Assembly: GCA_963796055.1 (NCBI GenBank)
Contig: CAWCKH010000001.1
Span: forward strand, 192,001-256,000
DNA from: an uncultured delta proteobacterium
Lineage (GTDB): Bacteria > Myxococcota > Myxococcia > Myxococcales > Myxococcaceae
DNA length: 64,000 bases
Direction: 5' to 3'
In this document: positions 1 through 9,830 of the stretch, one piece after another
Layout: each line of letters starts with the position of its first letter
Numbering within the stretch: position 1 is the first letter of the stretch
Position numbers and translations under genes: made by a program
Notes under the pieces: model-generated
The model's input: the letters and a program-made list of their open reading frames with translations, nothing else
The model's database searches: none
Told to the model about the DNA's origin: nothing

Positions 1-124
1 CGGGAGCGTCCGGGTGCTGAGCTTCGTCCGGCTGCGCGACGGGACCGAGCGCCGCGGCGACCAGGAGCTCACTCTCGGGGGCGAGGAGGTGGTGCACGCG
101 CCCCTTCTCCCCGTCGACCGTTGA
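1..124 (+). CDS. 3' end of an unidentified CDS (partial)
   Basis: Frame starting at nt 2 reads GSVRVLSFVRLRDG...PVDR to TGA at 122-124, with GC-rich third positions. Confidence 0.5.
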   Translation, partial: GSVRVLSFVRLRDGTERRGDQELTLGGEEVVHAPLLPVDR

Positions 125-149
125 CCGGCCCGGGGGCCGACAGTAGACA
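121..149 (+). promoter_or_regulatory. sigma70-like promoter for the hbd operon
   Basis: TTGACC (121-126), 17-nt spacer, TAGACA (144-149), just upstream of ATG 167. Confidence 0.45.
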
Positions 150-166
150 GCCGGGCCGAGGCAACC

Positions 167-1021
167 ATGGCCAACGAGCACGTGCTGGTGGTCGGCGCAG
201 GACAGATGGGAGCGGGAGTCGCCCAGGTCGCACTGACCGCCGGGCTCCGGGTCACGCTCGTGGACGTGGCAACGGAGGCGGTGGAGAAAGGCGCCGGGCG
301 CATCCGCACGGGGCTGGGGAAGCTCCGGGAGAAGGGCAAGCTGGATGCGCATGCCGAGAAGGCCGCGCTGGACCGCCTGGTGCTCGCCACCAGTGCCCGC
401 GAGGCCCGGGAGGTGGACGTGGCCATCGAGGCTGCGACCGAGAACGAGGAGCTGAAGAAGCGCATCTTCCAGGACCTCGACGCGGTGGTCCGCCCCGGCG
501 GGGTGCTGGCCACCAACACCTCGTCCATCCCCATCACCCGCATCGGCGCCGCGACCCGGCGTCCCGAGGCGGTCATCGGGATGCACTTCATGAACCCGGT
601 GCCGGTGATGCAGCTGGTGGAGCTGATCCGCGGTGCGGCCACGTCGGACGCCACCTTCGAGTTCACCCGGCTGCTGGCCCAGGCGATGGGGAAGACGGTG
701 GTCGCCTCGCGCGACTATCCCGGATTCATCGTCAACCGCATCCTCATCCCGATGCTCAACGAGGCGGCCTACGCCCTGATGGAGGGGCTGGGGACGGCCG
801 AGGACATCGACACCGCGATGAAGCTCGGCACCAACCAGCCCATGGGCCCGTTGCAGCTGGCGGACTTCATCGGCCTGGACACGGTGCTGTTCATCGCCGA
901 GGTGATGCACCGGGGGCTGGGGGATCCGAAGTACCGGCCCTGTCCGCTGCTCCGGCAGTACGTGGACGCCGGCTGGCTGGGGAAGAAGACCGGGCGCGGG
1001 TTCCACGTCTACGAGAGGTGA
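167..1021 (+). CDS. hbd: 3-hydroxybutyryl-CoA dehydrogenase
   Basis: GAGQMG Rossmann motif, TNTSS, GMHFMNPVP, GFIVNR, PMGP. Confidence 0.93.
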   Translation: MANEHVLVVGAGQMGAGVAQVALTAGLRVTLVDVATEAVEKGAGRIRTGLGKLREKGKLDAHAEKAALDRLVLATSAREAREVDVAIEAATENEELKKRIFQDLDAVVRPGGVLATNTSSIPITRIGAATRRPEAVIGMHFMNPVPVMQLVELIRGAATSDATFEFTRLLAQAMGKTVVASRDYPGFIVNRILIPMLNEAAYALMEGLGTAEDIDTAMKLGTNQPMGPLQLADFIGLDTVLFIAEVMHRGLGDPKYRPCPLLRQYVDAGWLGKKTGRGFHVYER

Positions 1022-1030
1022 GGAGGGGCC

Positions 1031-1813
1031 ATGGCCGAGGTGAACGTCCGGGTCGAGATCGAGGGTCTGTTCGCCACGGTGACGGTGGACCGGCCGAAGT
1101 CGCTCAACGCGCTGGACACCCGCACCCTTCAAGAGCTGGAGAGGGCCGCGGGTGACCTCGCCCAGCGCAGCGACCTCCGCGGGGTCATCGTCACCGGGGC
1201 GGGGGAGAAGGCCTTCGTCGCCGGGGCGGACATCGCGGCGATGAACGGCATGAATGCCGACCAGGCCCGTCACTTCGGCGCCCTGGGGCAGCGGGTGATG
1301 GACGTCATCGCCGCGCTCCCGATGCCGGTGGTGGCGGCGGTCAACGGCTTCGCGCTCGGGGGCGGCTGCGAGCTGGCCCTGGCCTGCGACTTCATCTACG
1401 CCTCGGACAACGCGCGGTTCGGGCTGCCCGAGGTGAGCCTCGGCATCCTCCCCGGCTTCGGAGGGACGCAGCGGCTGACCCGTCTGCTGGGCCGTGCCAG
1501 GGCCAAGGAGCTCATCTTCAGCGGGGACGTCATCGATGCGGCCAAGGCCAGGGAGATCGGCCTGGTGCTGGACGTCGTTCCGTTGCCCCAGCTCCTCGGC
1601 CACGTCCGCGCCGCGCTGGAGCGGGTGGCGAAGAAGGGGCCGCTGGCGGTTCGCCGGGCCAAGGAGGCCATCGACCGCGGCGCGGACCTCGAGATGGCCG
1701 ATGGGCTGCGCATCGAGCGCGAGGTGTTCTCCGACCTCTTCGCCTCCGCCGACCGGCGGGAGGGAATGAAGGCCTTTCTCGAGAAGCGGCCCCCGGTCTT
1801 CACCGGACGCTAG
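1031..1813 (+). CDS. crt: enoyl-CoA hydratase (crotonase family)
   Basis: AFVAGADI, GFALGGGCE, FGLPE, PGFGGTQRL; AGGAGG RBS. Confidence 0.9.
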   Translation: MAEVNVRVEIEGLFATVTVDRPKSLNALDTRTLQELERAAGDLAQRSDLRGVIVTGAGEKAFVAGADIAAMNGMNADQARHFGALGQRVMDVIAALPMPVVAAVNGFALGGGCELALACDFIYASDNARFGLPEVSLGILPGFGGTQRLTRLLGRARAKELIFSGDVIDAAKAREIGLVLDVVPLPQLLGHVRAALERVAKKGPLAVRRAKEAIDRGADLEMADGLRIEREVFSDLFASADRREGMKAFLEKRPPVFTGR

Positions 1814-1826
1814 GCACCAGGCGCTC

Positions 1827-2969
1827 ATGGACTTCGAACTGACCGATCTGCAGCGCGAGACGCAGCGCCTGGCCCGCGAGTTCGCCGCCCGGGAGCTGCT
1901 CCCCAACGCCCGGAAGTGGGACGAGGAGCACCGGTTCCCGGCCGAGGTGGTGAAGAAGCTGGCCGAGCTGTCGCTGCTCGCGGTGGCGGTCCCCGAGGAG
2001 TGGGGTGGGGCGGGCCTGGACAACGTGGCCTATGCCCTCTCCATCGAGGAGCTGAGCCGCGGGGACGCCTCGGTGGGGGTCATCTCCTCGGTGAACAACT
2101 CGCTCTACTGCGACCCGATCCTCAAGTTCGGCACCGACGCCCAGAAACGCGAGTGGCTGGTCCCGTTCGCCCGCGGGGAGAAGCTGGGGTGCTTCGGGCT
2201 CACCGAGCCCGAGGCCGGCTCGGACGCGGCGGCGCAGAAGACCACCGCCGTGCGCAAGGGCGACAGCTACCTCATCAACGGCAGCAAGAACTGGATCACC
2301 AACGGCCCGGTGGCGGACGCGATCGTCCTCTTCACCATGACCGACCGGGCGGCGGGCCACCGCGGCATCTCGGCGTTCATCGTCCCCATCAGCACCCCGG
2401 GCTTCAACCGGGCGCAGCCGGACCGGAAGATGGGGATCTCCGCCGCGCTGTCCTGCTCCATCTTCTTCGAGGACATGGTGGTCCCGGCGAAGAACCTCCT
2501 CGGCAAGGAGGGCGACGGCTTCAAGATCGCCATGTCCACGCTCGACGGGGGGCGCATCGGCATCGCCGCGCAGGCGATCGGCATCGCCCGGGCCGCCTTC
2601 GAGGAGGCGCTCCGCTACGCCCAGGACCGGAAGACCTTCGGGCAGCCCATCGCCAACCACCAGGCGATCCAGTTCATGCTCGCCGACATGGCGACCGAGA
2701 TCGACGCCGCGCGGCTCCTGGTGCTCAAGGCCGCACTGATGAAGGACGCCGGGGTACGGCACAGCGCCGAGTCGGCGATGGCCAAGCTCTACGCCAGCGA
2801 GATGGCGAGCCGGGTGGCCAACAAGGGGCTGCAGATCCACGGCGGCCAGGGGTACAGCAAGGAGTTCGACGCCGAGCGCCACGTCCGCGACGCCCGGATC
2901 ACCGAGATCTACGAGGGTACGAGCGAGATCCAGCGCATCATCATCAGCGGCACCCTACTCAAGGAGTGA
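1827..2969 (+). CDS. short/branched-chain acyl-CoA dehydrogenase
   Basis: [39 protein letters not shown]. Confidence 0.95.
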   Translation: MDFELTDLQRETQRLAREFAARELLPNARKWDEEHRFPAEVVKKLAELSLLAVAVPEEWGGAGLDNVAYALSIEELSRGDASVGVISSVNNSLYCDPILKFGTDAQKREWLVPFARGEKLGCFGLTEPEAGSDAAAQKTTAVRKGDSYLINGSKNWITNGPVADAIVLFTMTDRAAGHRGISAFIVPISTPGFNRAQPDRKMGISAALSCSIFFEDMVVPAKNLLGKEGDGFKIAMSTLDGGRIGIAAQAIGIARAAFEEALRYAQDRKTFGQPIANHQAIQFMLADMATEIDAARLLVLKAALMKDAGVRHSAESAMAKLYASEMASRVANKGLQIHGGQGYSKEFDAERHVRDARITEIYEGTSEIQRIIISGTLLKE

Positions 2970-2971
2970 CC

Positions 2972-3388
2972 ATGCTCGTCCCGCTTCTGGTCGTGCTCGC
3001 CGCCGCCGCCCCCGACGCCGGGACCACGGCTGCGCCCGGCGTCGGTGCGGCCACGCCGGCCCGCGGCTCCGGACCGGAGAAGCTGCCCTTCACCCCCGAC
3101 ACCATGCGCGAGGTGGTGCGGGCCAAGCAACCGGAGATCGAGCGCTGCTGGGAGCAGACCCTGGCCGGCACGGACAAGCCGGTCGACGGCAAGTTGCAGA
3201 CCCACTTCGTCATCACCCCGGACGGAACGGTGAAGCAGGCCAAGGTGGTGAAGAAGGGTACCACCCTGAAGAACGAGGCCCTTCACCGCTGCGTGGAGAC
3301 GGTGCTCTCCACGATGGTGTTCCCCAGGCCCCCGGACGGCAAGGACCACCCGGTGGAGTACCCGTTCAACCTCAAGGCCGTCCGCTGA
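2972..3388 (+). CDS. secreted AgmX/PglI C-terminal (TonB-C-like) domain protein
   Basis: ATG 2972 after AAGGAG; signal peptide; IERCW..GKL..HFVI.PDG.V..CV..L..MVFP.P..VEYPF pattern. Confidence 0.8.
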   Translation: MLVPLLVVLAAAAPDAGTTAAPGVGAATPARGSGPEKLPFTPDTMREVVRAKQPEIERCWEQTLAGTDKPVDGKLQTHFVITPDGTVKQAKVVKKGTTLKNEALHRCVETVLSTMVFPRPPDGKDHPVEYPFNLKAVR

Positions 3389-4533
3389 TGGAGCTCCATC
3401 TCACCGAGGCGCAGGCCCTGGTCCGCAACACCGCCCGGTCGTTCGCCCGGGAGCGGGTGGCGCCGGGAGCCCGCGAGCGCGATCGGACCGAGGCCTTTCC
3501 CGCCGAGCTGCTGCGCGAGATGGCGGAGCTGGGCCTGCTGGGGGTCAACGTCCCGGCGGCGTACGGCGGCGCCGAGGCGGGGGCCGTGGCCTATGCCCTG
3601 GCGATGATGGAGATCGCCGAGGCCTGCGCCTCCACCGCGGTGGCGATGGCGGTCACCAACATGTGCGCCGAGCTGATCACCGCCTTTGGCACCGAGGCGC
3701 AGAGGACGCGGTACGTCACCAGGCTCACCTCGGGTGAGGCGGTGGCAGGGGCGTTCGCGCTGTCCGAGCCCCAGGCCGGGAGCGATGCCTCGGCGCTGGA
3801 GACCCGGGCCGAGCGCGGCAGGGGAGGCTGGGTGCTGAACGGCAGCAAGCAGTGGATCACCTCCGGAGATCGGGCCGGGGTCATGGTCGTCTGGGCGCGG
3901 ACTGGTGGGCCTGGCGCGGGGGGGCTGTCGGCGTTCGTCGTCGAGGGGGGCACTCCCGGGCTCACCGTGGGCCGGCACGAGGACAAGATGGGGCTGCGGG
4001 CCTCCAGCACCGTGCCGCTCCAGTTCGAGGAGTGCCTGCTGCCCGCCGACGCGCTCCTGGGCGAGGAGGGGCAGGGGTTCAAGCTGGCGATGGTGGCCCT
4101 CGACGGCGGACGCATCGGGATCGCCTCCCAGGCCTGCGGGGTGGCGCGAGCCGCGCTCGCCGCCGCCGTGCACTACACCCGGGAGCGCAAGGCATTCGGC
4201 AAGTCGGTGTCGGACTTCCAGGCCGTGCGCTTCATGCTCGCCAACATCCAGACCGAGCTCGCCGCGGCCGAGCTGATGACCTTGCGGGCAGCGGGGCTCA
4301 AGGAGTCGGGGCGGCCCTTCTCCCGGGAAGCCTCGATGGCCAAGGTGTTCGCCTCGGAGATGGCGAACCGGGCGGCGGACAAGGCGGTCCAGCTCCACGG
4401 GGGGTACGGGTACATCGACGAGTTCCCGGTGGAGCGGTACCTGCGCGACGCGCGGGTGCAGACCATCTACGAGGGGACCAGCGAGATCCAGCGGATGGTC
4501 ATCGCCAGGGATCTGCTGAGGTCCGAAGGCTGA
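3388..4533 (+). CDS. acyl-CoA dehydrogenase
   Basis: [40 protein letters not shown] overlap with upstream gene. Confidence 0.95.
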   Translation: MELHLTEAQALVRNTARSFARERVAPGARERDRTEAFPAELLREMAELGLLGVNVPAAYGGAEAGAVAYALAMMEIAEACASTAVAMAVTNMCAELITAFGTEAQRTRYVTRLTSGEAVAGAFALSEPQAGSDASALETRAERGRGGWVLNGSKQWITSGDRAGVMVVWARTGGPGAGGLSAFVVEGGTPGLTVGRHEDKMGLRASSTVPLQFEECLLPADALLGEEGQGFKLAMVALDGGRIGIASQACGVARAALAAAVHYTRERKAFGKSVSDFQAVRFMLANIQTELAAAELMTLRAAGLKESGRPFSREASMAKVFASEMANRAADKAVQLHGGYGYIDEFPVERYLRDARVQTIYEGTSEIQRMVIARDLLRSEG

Positions 4534-4665
4534 GCCCCCCGGGGCTGCGCAAGGCCTCGTTCCGGGCGCCGGCGCGCGGCACGGATGGAACCTCGCCGCC
4601 TCGATGGGACGCAGGAGCGACCGGCGGCGTGGGTGCGGTGCCCGGGCGAGCGGCCTGCGCGCACC

Positions 4666-4965
4666 CCGCGCGCTCAGGGGAGGCACGGTGATGCGCCGGT
4701 TTCGCGGAGGCGGTTTCCGACCCAGCCGCCCGGGCAGGCCTGCCTTCCGCGAGTCAGCACCTCCAGCCTCGGGAGGACGGTTTCCTGAAGCTGCGTTTGC
4801 GAAACCGTTTGGAATGGCTCGGAGGACCTCGCGGCCCCTCGGGCCATCCGGGCGGCCGTTTCGGTATCTGCAAGCCGGTTCGAAGCACAAAACCGGTCGG
4901 TCAGGCCGGGGCGACTGGGGAGCAGCCCAGCGGCATCCGACCTGCCGGTTTCGGGGTGCTCCACC
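4666..4965. ncRNA. candidate structured RNA between convergent genes (unverified)
   Basis: Adjacent stems at 4702-4752, 4760-4776, 4777-4808, 4814-4847 and 4882-4962; TCAGG...AGCAGCC at 4901-4927 resembles SRP helix 8. Confidence 0.3.
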
Positions 4966-4981
4966 CCCGAGCGTGTCCGGA

Positions 4982-6922
4982 TCAGCCGATGCCGAAACGC
5001 GCCAGCAATTCGGGGAGTCGCTGCGTCAGCCCCAGGCGCGCCGCGGCGGCCTCGAGCATCCGGCGCTCCTGGCGGTCCACCTTGCCGTCCACCAGCGCGA
5101 TCTGCACCAGCGAGCGGAGGAAGCTCTCGCCGCCCGGGCCCGGGGGCGGAACCAGCCGCTCGAACAGCGCCGGGTCGGCCTTCAGCGCCAGCTCCACGTT
5201 CTCGTAGGGCACGCCCCAGCGCTCGGCGCACAGCTTGAGCATCCGCCGCTCGCGGTCGTCCACGTCGCCACTCGCCGCGGCCATCGCCGCCATGGTGTAC
5301 AGGAGCCGCTGTCGCTCGGCCACATCCAGGACCGTGTCCCGGGCGGCCGCCGGCACCTGCGCCGCAGCCTGGGCACCCGGCTGCGCCCGCGACCGCGCCG
5401 CCCACACCTCGAACGGCTCGGCCCGGCAGAGCACCCAGTCGTGGGCGCCGTCGTTCAGGGTCGCCCCGCAGTGCTCGCAGGTGGGCTGCACCGAGTCCCC
5501 CAGCGGCGCCCCGCAGTTGCCGCACCGTGCGGTCGCCATGCCTCGCGTCTGGTCCGTCCTCACTGCTGCCTTGCGCTCGAGAGTGAAGATCCACCGCTGG
5601 GGCAAGGTGGCCAGGGTCCCGGGGGATGCGCCCGCGGGAACCACGCCCATCCGCGCGCTCCAGCGGACCTCCACGTGCGCCAGGGTCGTCGCCGGCCCGG
5701 TCTCGATGCCCCGGACCGCCACGCTTCCCACCGCCGCCTGGAGGAAGACCCGCCGGCGCTGCCGCCCCCGCAGCGCGGCGTCGTCCGCCGTCATCTCGGC
5801 CAGGAAGCCGGACGTGGCCAGCTTCGCCATCCGCCCCGGCTCCCCCCGCGACTGCGCGTCGATCCAGCCCCAGAAGAGCAGGGAGGCCCGGTCCTCCAGC
5901 ACCTCCAGCGACAGCGCCGGGTCGGCGGCGCGCAGCCCGTCCAGGCCCGGCACCTCCACCGGCGCACTGCCGGCCTCGACGGCCTGGGTGATCTCCGCGA
6001 GCACCCAGTCGTAGGCACCGCTGTTCACGATCGCGCCGCAGTAGGTGCAGTTGCCCGCAGCGCCTCCGTCGAACGGGGCTCCGCAGTTCGGGCACTTGCC
6101 GGGCGGCAGCGCCCCGTCCGTCCGGGACCGGGTGCCGGGCCGCCGCACGAACGACCACACCTCGGTGAACGGCTCCAGCGGGGCACGGCGCGCCCGGGCC
6201 ATCGCCTCATCGAGCGACAGCGACACCGGTACGTCCAGGTCCCGGGCCTGGGCCCGGATTCGCACGTGCAGGGTGTCGAAGGCCGAGGTTCGCTCCAGGC
6301 CCACCGGCTGGAGGTCCAGCACCGCCATGTCTGCGGTCACGTTCCGCACGGCCTGCGCGCGGAGCAGATCGAGCTGCACCCGGAAGCGCTGGAAGGTCGC
6401 GTCGGAGAGGTCTCGGCGCACCGGCCCGAGCTCACCCGACGCCCACGCCGCCTGCACCCGGAGGAACAGCGACTTCACCTGATCGAGGAAGGCCACCAGG
6501 TCGAACGCCGGGTCGGAGGCGTGCAGCGCGTCCACCCAGCCCGTCACCTCGCGGGCCGAAGGAGGGGAGACGCCCCGCGCGTCGGCCGCCTCGAACGCCC
6601 GCTGCGTGCTCGCCGTTGCCCCGAAGTTGCGCGTGTACGCCCGCCACACCACGAACACCACCCCGATCAGCGCCAGGGTGAACACCGGGTGGCCCAGGAA
6701 GAAGAGCAGCAACCCCAGGTCGCTCCCCGAGGACGAGCCACGGCCGCTGGACCAGGAGCTCGAGCCATGCGAGCCCGACGAGGACCACGAACCGCCGGAC
6801 GAGCGGGAGCTGGAGCTGCTCGAGCTGTGCGAACCGCTGTAGTGCTGCCCGCCACCGACCCGGGCCACCGCAGGGGTCGCCAGCATCAGGAGCAGGGCGA
6901 AGAAGAACGCGCGTCGATCCAT
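4982..6922 (-). CDS. membrane protein with two Tim44-like domains, two zinc ribbons and a C-terminal TerB-like domain
   Basis: Signal peptide, Ser/Gly tract, TM helix; DPAFD..FL..VQAAW; EVWSF.R; CPNC/CTYC and CGNC/CEHC; IALVDGKVDRQERRML. Confidence 0.8.
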   Translation of the reverse strand: MDRRAFFFALLLMLATPAVARVGGGQHYSGSHSSSSSSSRSSGGSWSSSGSHGSSSWSSGRGSSSGSDLGLLLFFLGHPVFTLALIGVVFVVWRAYTRNFGATASTQRAFEAADARGVSPPSAREVTGWVDALHASDPAFDLVAFLDQVKSLFLRVQAAWASGELGPVRRDLSDATFQRFRVQLDLLRAQAVRNVTADMAVLDLQPVGLERTSAFDTLHVRIRAQARDLDVPVSLSLDEAMARARRAPLEPFTEVWSFVRRPGTRSRTDGALPPGKCPNCGAPFDGGAAGNCTYCGAIVNSGAYDWVLAEITQAVEAGSAPVEVPGLDGLRAADPALSLEVLEDRASLLFWGWIDAQSRGEPGRMAKLATSGFLAEMTADDAALRGRQRRRVFLQAAVGSVAVRGIETGPATTLAHVEVRWSARMGVVPAGASPGTLATLPQRWIFTLERKAAVRTDQTRGMATARCGNCGAPLGDSVQPTCEHCGATLNDGAHDWVLCRAEPFEVWAARSRAQPGAQAAAQVPAAARDTVLDVAERQRLLYTMAAMAAASGDVDDRERRMLKLCAERWGVPYENVELALKADPALFERLVPPPGPGGESFLRSLVQIALVDGKVDRQERRMLEAAAARLGLTQRLPELLARFGIG

Positions 6923-7034
6923 CGTCGCCGGGCGCCGGCAGGACGGAAGTGTAACGGGGAGAGTCGCCGTCTTGCCATCGGGGGCCGGGTCGACCTAGGT
7001 GCCTGCGGGCGAGACATCGAGGGAGATTGCACAC

Positions 7035-7811
7035 ATGGGAACCTTCCGGGAGGAACGCCACGGGCCGGTCGAGATCTGGACGCTCGACGCCGAGGACACG
7101 CGCAACGCCATCAGCCGGGCGGTGCTGACCGAGCTCGAGGCCCGGGTGGCCCGTGTCTCCGGCGGCCAGGAGGTGCGTGCGGTCATCCTCACCGGCGCTG
7201 GCGACAAGGCGTTCTGTGCGGGGGCCGACCTCAAGGAGCGCGCCACGATGACCGAGGCCGAGGTGCGGGCGTTCCTCGGCGGACTGCGCCGCACCCTGCG
7301 CGCCATCGAGACCAGCAGCACCATCTTCATCGCCGCGATCAACGGCTCGGCCCTCGGCGGCGGCACCGAGCTGGCGTTGGCCTGCGATCTCCGGATCGCC
7401 GCGCCGGCCGCCGAGCTCGGGCTCACCGAGGTGCGCCTGGGCATCATCCCCGGGGGCGGCGGGACACAGCGGCTCCCCCGGCTGGTGGGCGCCGGCCGGG
7501 CCAAGGACCTCATCCTGACCGGGCGGCGGGTGAACTCGGCCGAGGCCTTCGCCATCGGGCTCGTCCAGCGCCTCGCCCCGGAGGGACGGCTCCTCGACGT
7601 GGCGCTCGCCGTGACCGAGCAGATCGCCGAGAACGCACCCCTTGCGGTGGCCGCGGCCAAGCGCGCCATCGACCGCGGGCTCGACCTGGGCATGGAGGAC
7701 GCCCTCGCCCTGGAGCTGGAGCTGTACGAGACGGTCCTCCGCTCGGAAGACCGCCTCGAGGGACTGCGGGCCTTCGCCGGGAAGCGACCGCCGGCCTGGA
7801 AAGGGCGCTGA
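7035..7811 (+). CDS. enoyl-CoA hydratase family, probable methylglutaconyl-CoA hydratase (LiuC-like)
   Basis: [27 protein letters not shown]; next to a carboxyltransferase and an acyl-CoA dehydrogenase. Confidence 0.85.
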   Translation: MGTFREERHGPVEIWTLDAEDTRNAISRAVLTELEARVARVSGGQEVRAVILTGAGDKAFCAGADLKERATMTEAEVRAFLGGLRRTLRAIETSSTIFIAAINGSALGGGTELALACDLRIAAPAAELGLTEVRLGIIPGGGGTQRLPRLVGAGRAKDLILTGRRVNSAEAFAIGLVQRLAPEGRLLDVALAVTEQIAENAPLAVAAAKRAIDRGLDLGMEDALALELELYETVLRSEDRLEGLRAFAGKRPPAWKGR

Positions 7812-7829
7812 GCCTGCGGGCCGAGGGGG

Positions 7830-8174
7830 CTACGCGTTCGCCCGCTCGAGGTCCTGGGCCTTGTTCCGGGCCTGGTCGAAGAGGCTCATCGCCCGGTCCT
7901 TGACCTCGTTCCGCAGCTCGACTCCCGGCTTCGGGGCCAGCGCCAGCGCCACCACCGCGCCCACGATGCCGCCGAGGAGGAAGAAGGTGATGTCATTGGC
8001 CGTCCGGCGCGCCGGGGCATAGGGCACGACGCCCACCTTGCGGAGCAGCGCCTCCTTGTCGATGTCCATCAGGTCCAGATCGCCCAGACGATTCCAGAGC
8101 TTCACCGCGTCCCGGGCGAGGTGGGTGTACAGGTAGCTCTTGGTGAAGCCGCCGACGATGTCCGAGAACGCCAT
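7830..8174 (-). CDS. YtxH-domain small protein
   Basis: FLLGGIVGAVVALALAPKPGVELR signature; GAAGGAGGAG RBS. Confidence 0.8.
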   Translation of the reverse strand: MAFSDIVGGFTKSYLYTHLARDAVKLWNRLGDLDLMDIDKEALLRKVGVVPYAPARRTANDITFFLLGGIVGAVVALALAPKPGVELRNEVKDRAMSLFDQARNKAQDLERANA

Positions 8175-8268
8175 GGTGCGCTCCTCCTTCGGGGAATGGG
8201 TTGCTTGAACCCCCACGGTAGGAACGCCTGACAGGCGCGGCATCCCCCGTGCTAAGGCCCCTCGCCGC

Positions 8269-9798
8269 ATGCCAGCCGACGACACCTTGCGCGCGCGCCG
8301 CGCCCGCATCCGCGAGGGCGGGGCGCCCAAGTACCATGCCAAGAACTCCGAGACGGGGAAGCTGTTCGCCAGAGAACGCATCGCCCGGCTGCTCGATCCA
8401 GACTCTTTCGTCGAGGACGGGAGCTTCGCCAACGCCGCCGATCCCGAGCTGCCGGCAGACGGGGTCATCACCGGCCTGGGGAAGATGGGCGGGCGCCCGG
8501 TCGCCCTGATGGCCAACGACTCCACGGTGAAGGCCGGGAGCTGGGGCGCGCGCACGGTGGAGAAGATCCTCCGGATCCAGGAGACCGCGCGCACGCTCCG
8601 CGCCCCGCTGCTCTACCTGGTGGACTCGGCCGGGGCGCGCATCACCGACCAGGTGGAGATGTTCCCCGGGCGCCGCGGGGCAGGGCGAATCTTCTTCAAC
8701 GAGGTGCAGCTCTCCGGGGAGGTGCCGCAGATCTGCCTGCTCTTCGGCCCCTCCGCCGCCGGTGGCGCGTACATCCCGGCCTTCTGCGACCTGGTGGTGA
8801 TGGTCGAGGGCAACGCCTCGATGTACCTCGGCTCTCCCCGCATGGCGGAGATGGTCATCGGGGAGAAGGTCACCCTGGAGGAGATGGGCGGCGCCCGGAT
8901 GCACTGCTCGGTCTCGGGCTGCGGAGACGTGCTGGTGAAGACCGAGGACGAGGCCATCGCCGCGGCCAAGGCCTACCTCTCCTACTTTCCGCCCAGCTTC
9001 GCCGAGCAGCCTCCCATCGCCGAGCCGAAGGCCCCGGCGAGGTCCGGCAAGCGCATCGACGAGATCATCCCCGCCGACCAGAACAAGCCCTTCGACATGT
9101 TCGCCCTCATCCACGAGCTGGTGGATGCCGGCTCGTTCTTCGAGGTGAAGAAGCTCTTCGCCCAAGAGGTCATCACCGGCCTGGGGCGCATCGCCGGGCG
9201 GCCGGTGGGGATCGTCGCCAACCAGCCCAAGTACAAGGGCGGGGTGCTGTTCGTCGACTCGGCGGACAAGGCCACCAGGTTCATCTGGCTGTGCGACGCC
9301 TTCAACATCCCGCTGGTGTACCTGGCCGACGTGCCGGGCTTCATGATCGGCACCAAGGTGGAGCGGGCTGGCATCATCCGCGCCGGGGCGAAGATGATCT
9401 CCGCGGTGTCCGAGGCCACCGTGCCCCGCATCTCGGTGGTGGTGCGCAAGGCTTACGGGGCAGGGCTGTACGCCATGTCCGGACCCGGCTTCGGCCCCGA
9501 TGTCACCCTGGCGCTCCCCCAGGCGATGATCGCCGTGATGGGACCCGAGGCGGCGGTCAACGCCGTGTTCTTCAACAAGATCCAGGAGAAGCCCGAGGCG
9601 GAGCGCGCTGCGTACGTCCAGGCGCTCCGGGACGAGTACCGGGCCGACGTGGACCTCCTCAAGCTCGCCAGCGAGCTGGTGGTGGACGAGGTGGTTCCGG
9701 GCGACGAGCTGCGTGACCAGCTGGAGCGCCGGCTCGACCTCTATGCGCGCCGGTTCCAGCCCCGTTCGGCGAAGAAGCACGGCGTGTTGCCGGTGTAG
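8269..9798 (+). CDS. acyl-CoA carboxylase carboxyltransferase (beta) subunit, LiuB-like
   Basis: DSAGARI, GPSAAGGAY, DVPGFMIG, RKAYGAG, AVMGPEAA. Confidence 0.92.
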   Translation: MPADDTLRARRARIREGGAPKYHAKNSETGKLFARERIARLLDPDSFVEDGSFANAADPELPADGVITGLGKMGGRPVALMANDSTVKAGSWGARTVEKILRIQETARTLRAPLLYLVDSAGARITDQVEMFPGRRGAGRIFFNEVQLSGEVPQICLLFGPSAAGGAYIPAFCDLVVMVEGNASMYLGSPRMAEMVIGEKVTLEEMGGARMHCSVSGCGDVLVKTEDEAIAAAKAYLSYFPPSFAEQPPIAEPKAPARSGKRIDEIIPADQNKPFDMFALIHELVDAGSFFEVKKLFAQEVITGLGRIAGRPVGIVANQPKYKGGVLFVDSADKATRFIWLCDAFNIPLVYLADVPGFMIGTKVERAGIIRAGAKMISAVSEATVPRISVVVRKAYGAGLYAMSGPGFGPDVTLALPQAMIAVMGPEAAVNAVFFNKIQEKPEAERAAYVQALRDEYRADVDLLKLASELVVDEVVPGDELRDQLERRLDLYARRFQPRSAKKHGVLPV

Positions 9799-9830
9799 AG
9801 CGCCAGGGAGTATCACGGAGCCCCGAGACG

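Noticed and set aside
999..1014. parS-like GGTTCCACGT
   Set aside because: Only a half-site, inside hbd coding sequence, and isolated
4604..7903. 1099-aa plus-strand ORF
   Set aside because: Arg/Gly/Pro-rich shadow frame overlapping two well-supported genes; typical of high-GC DNA
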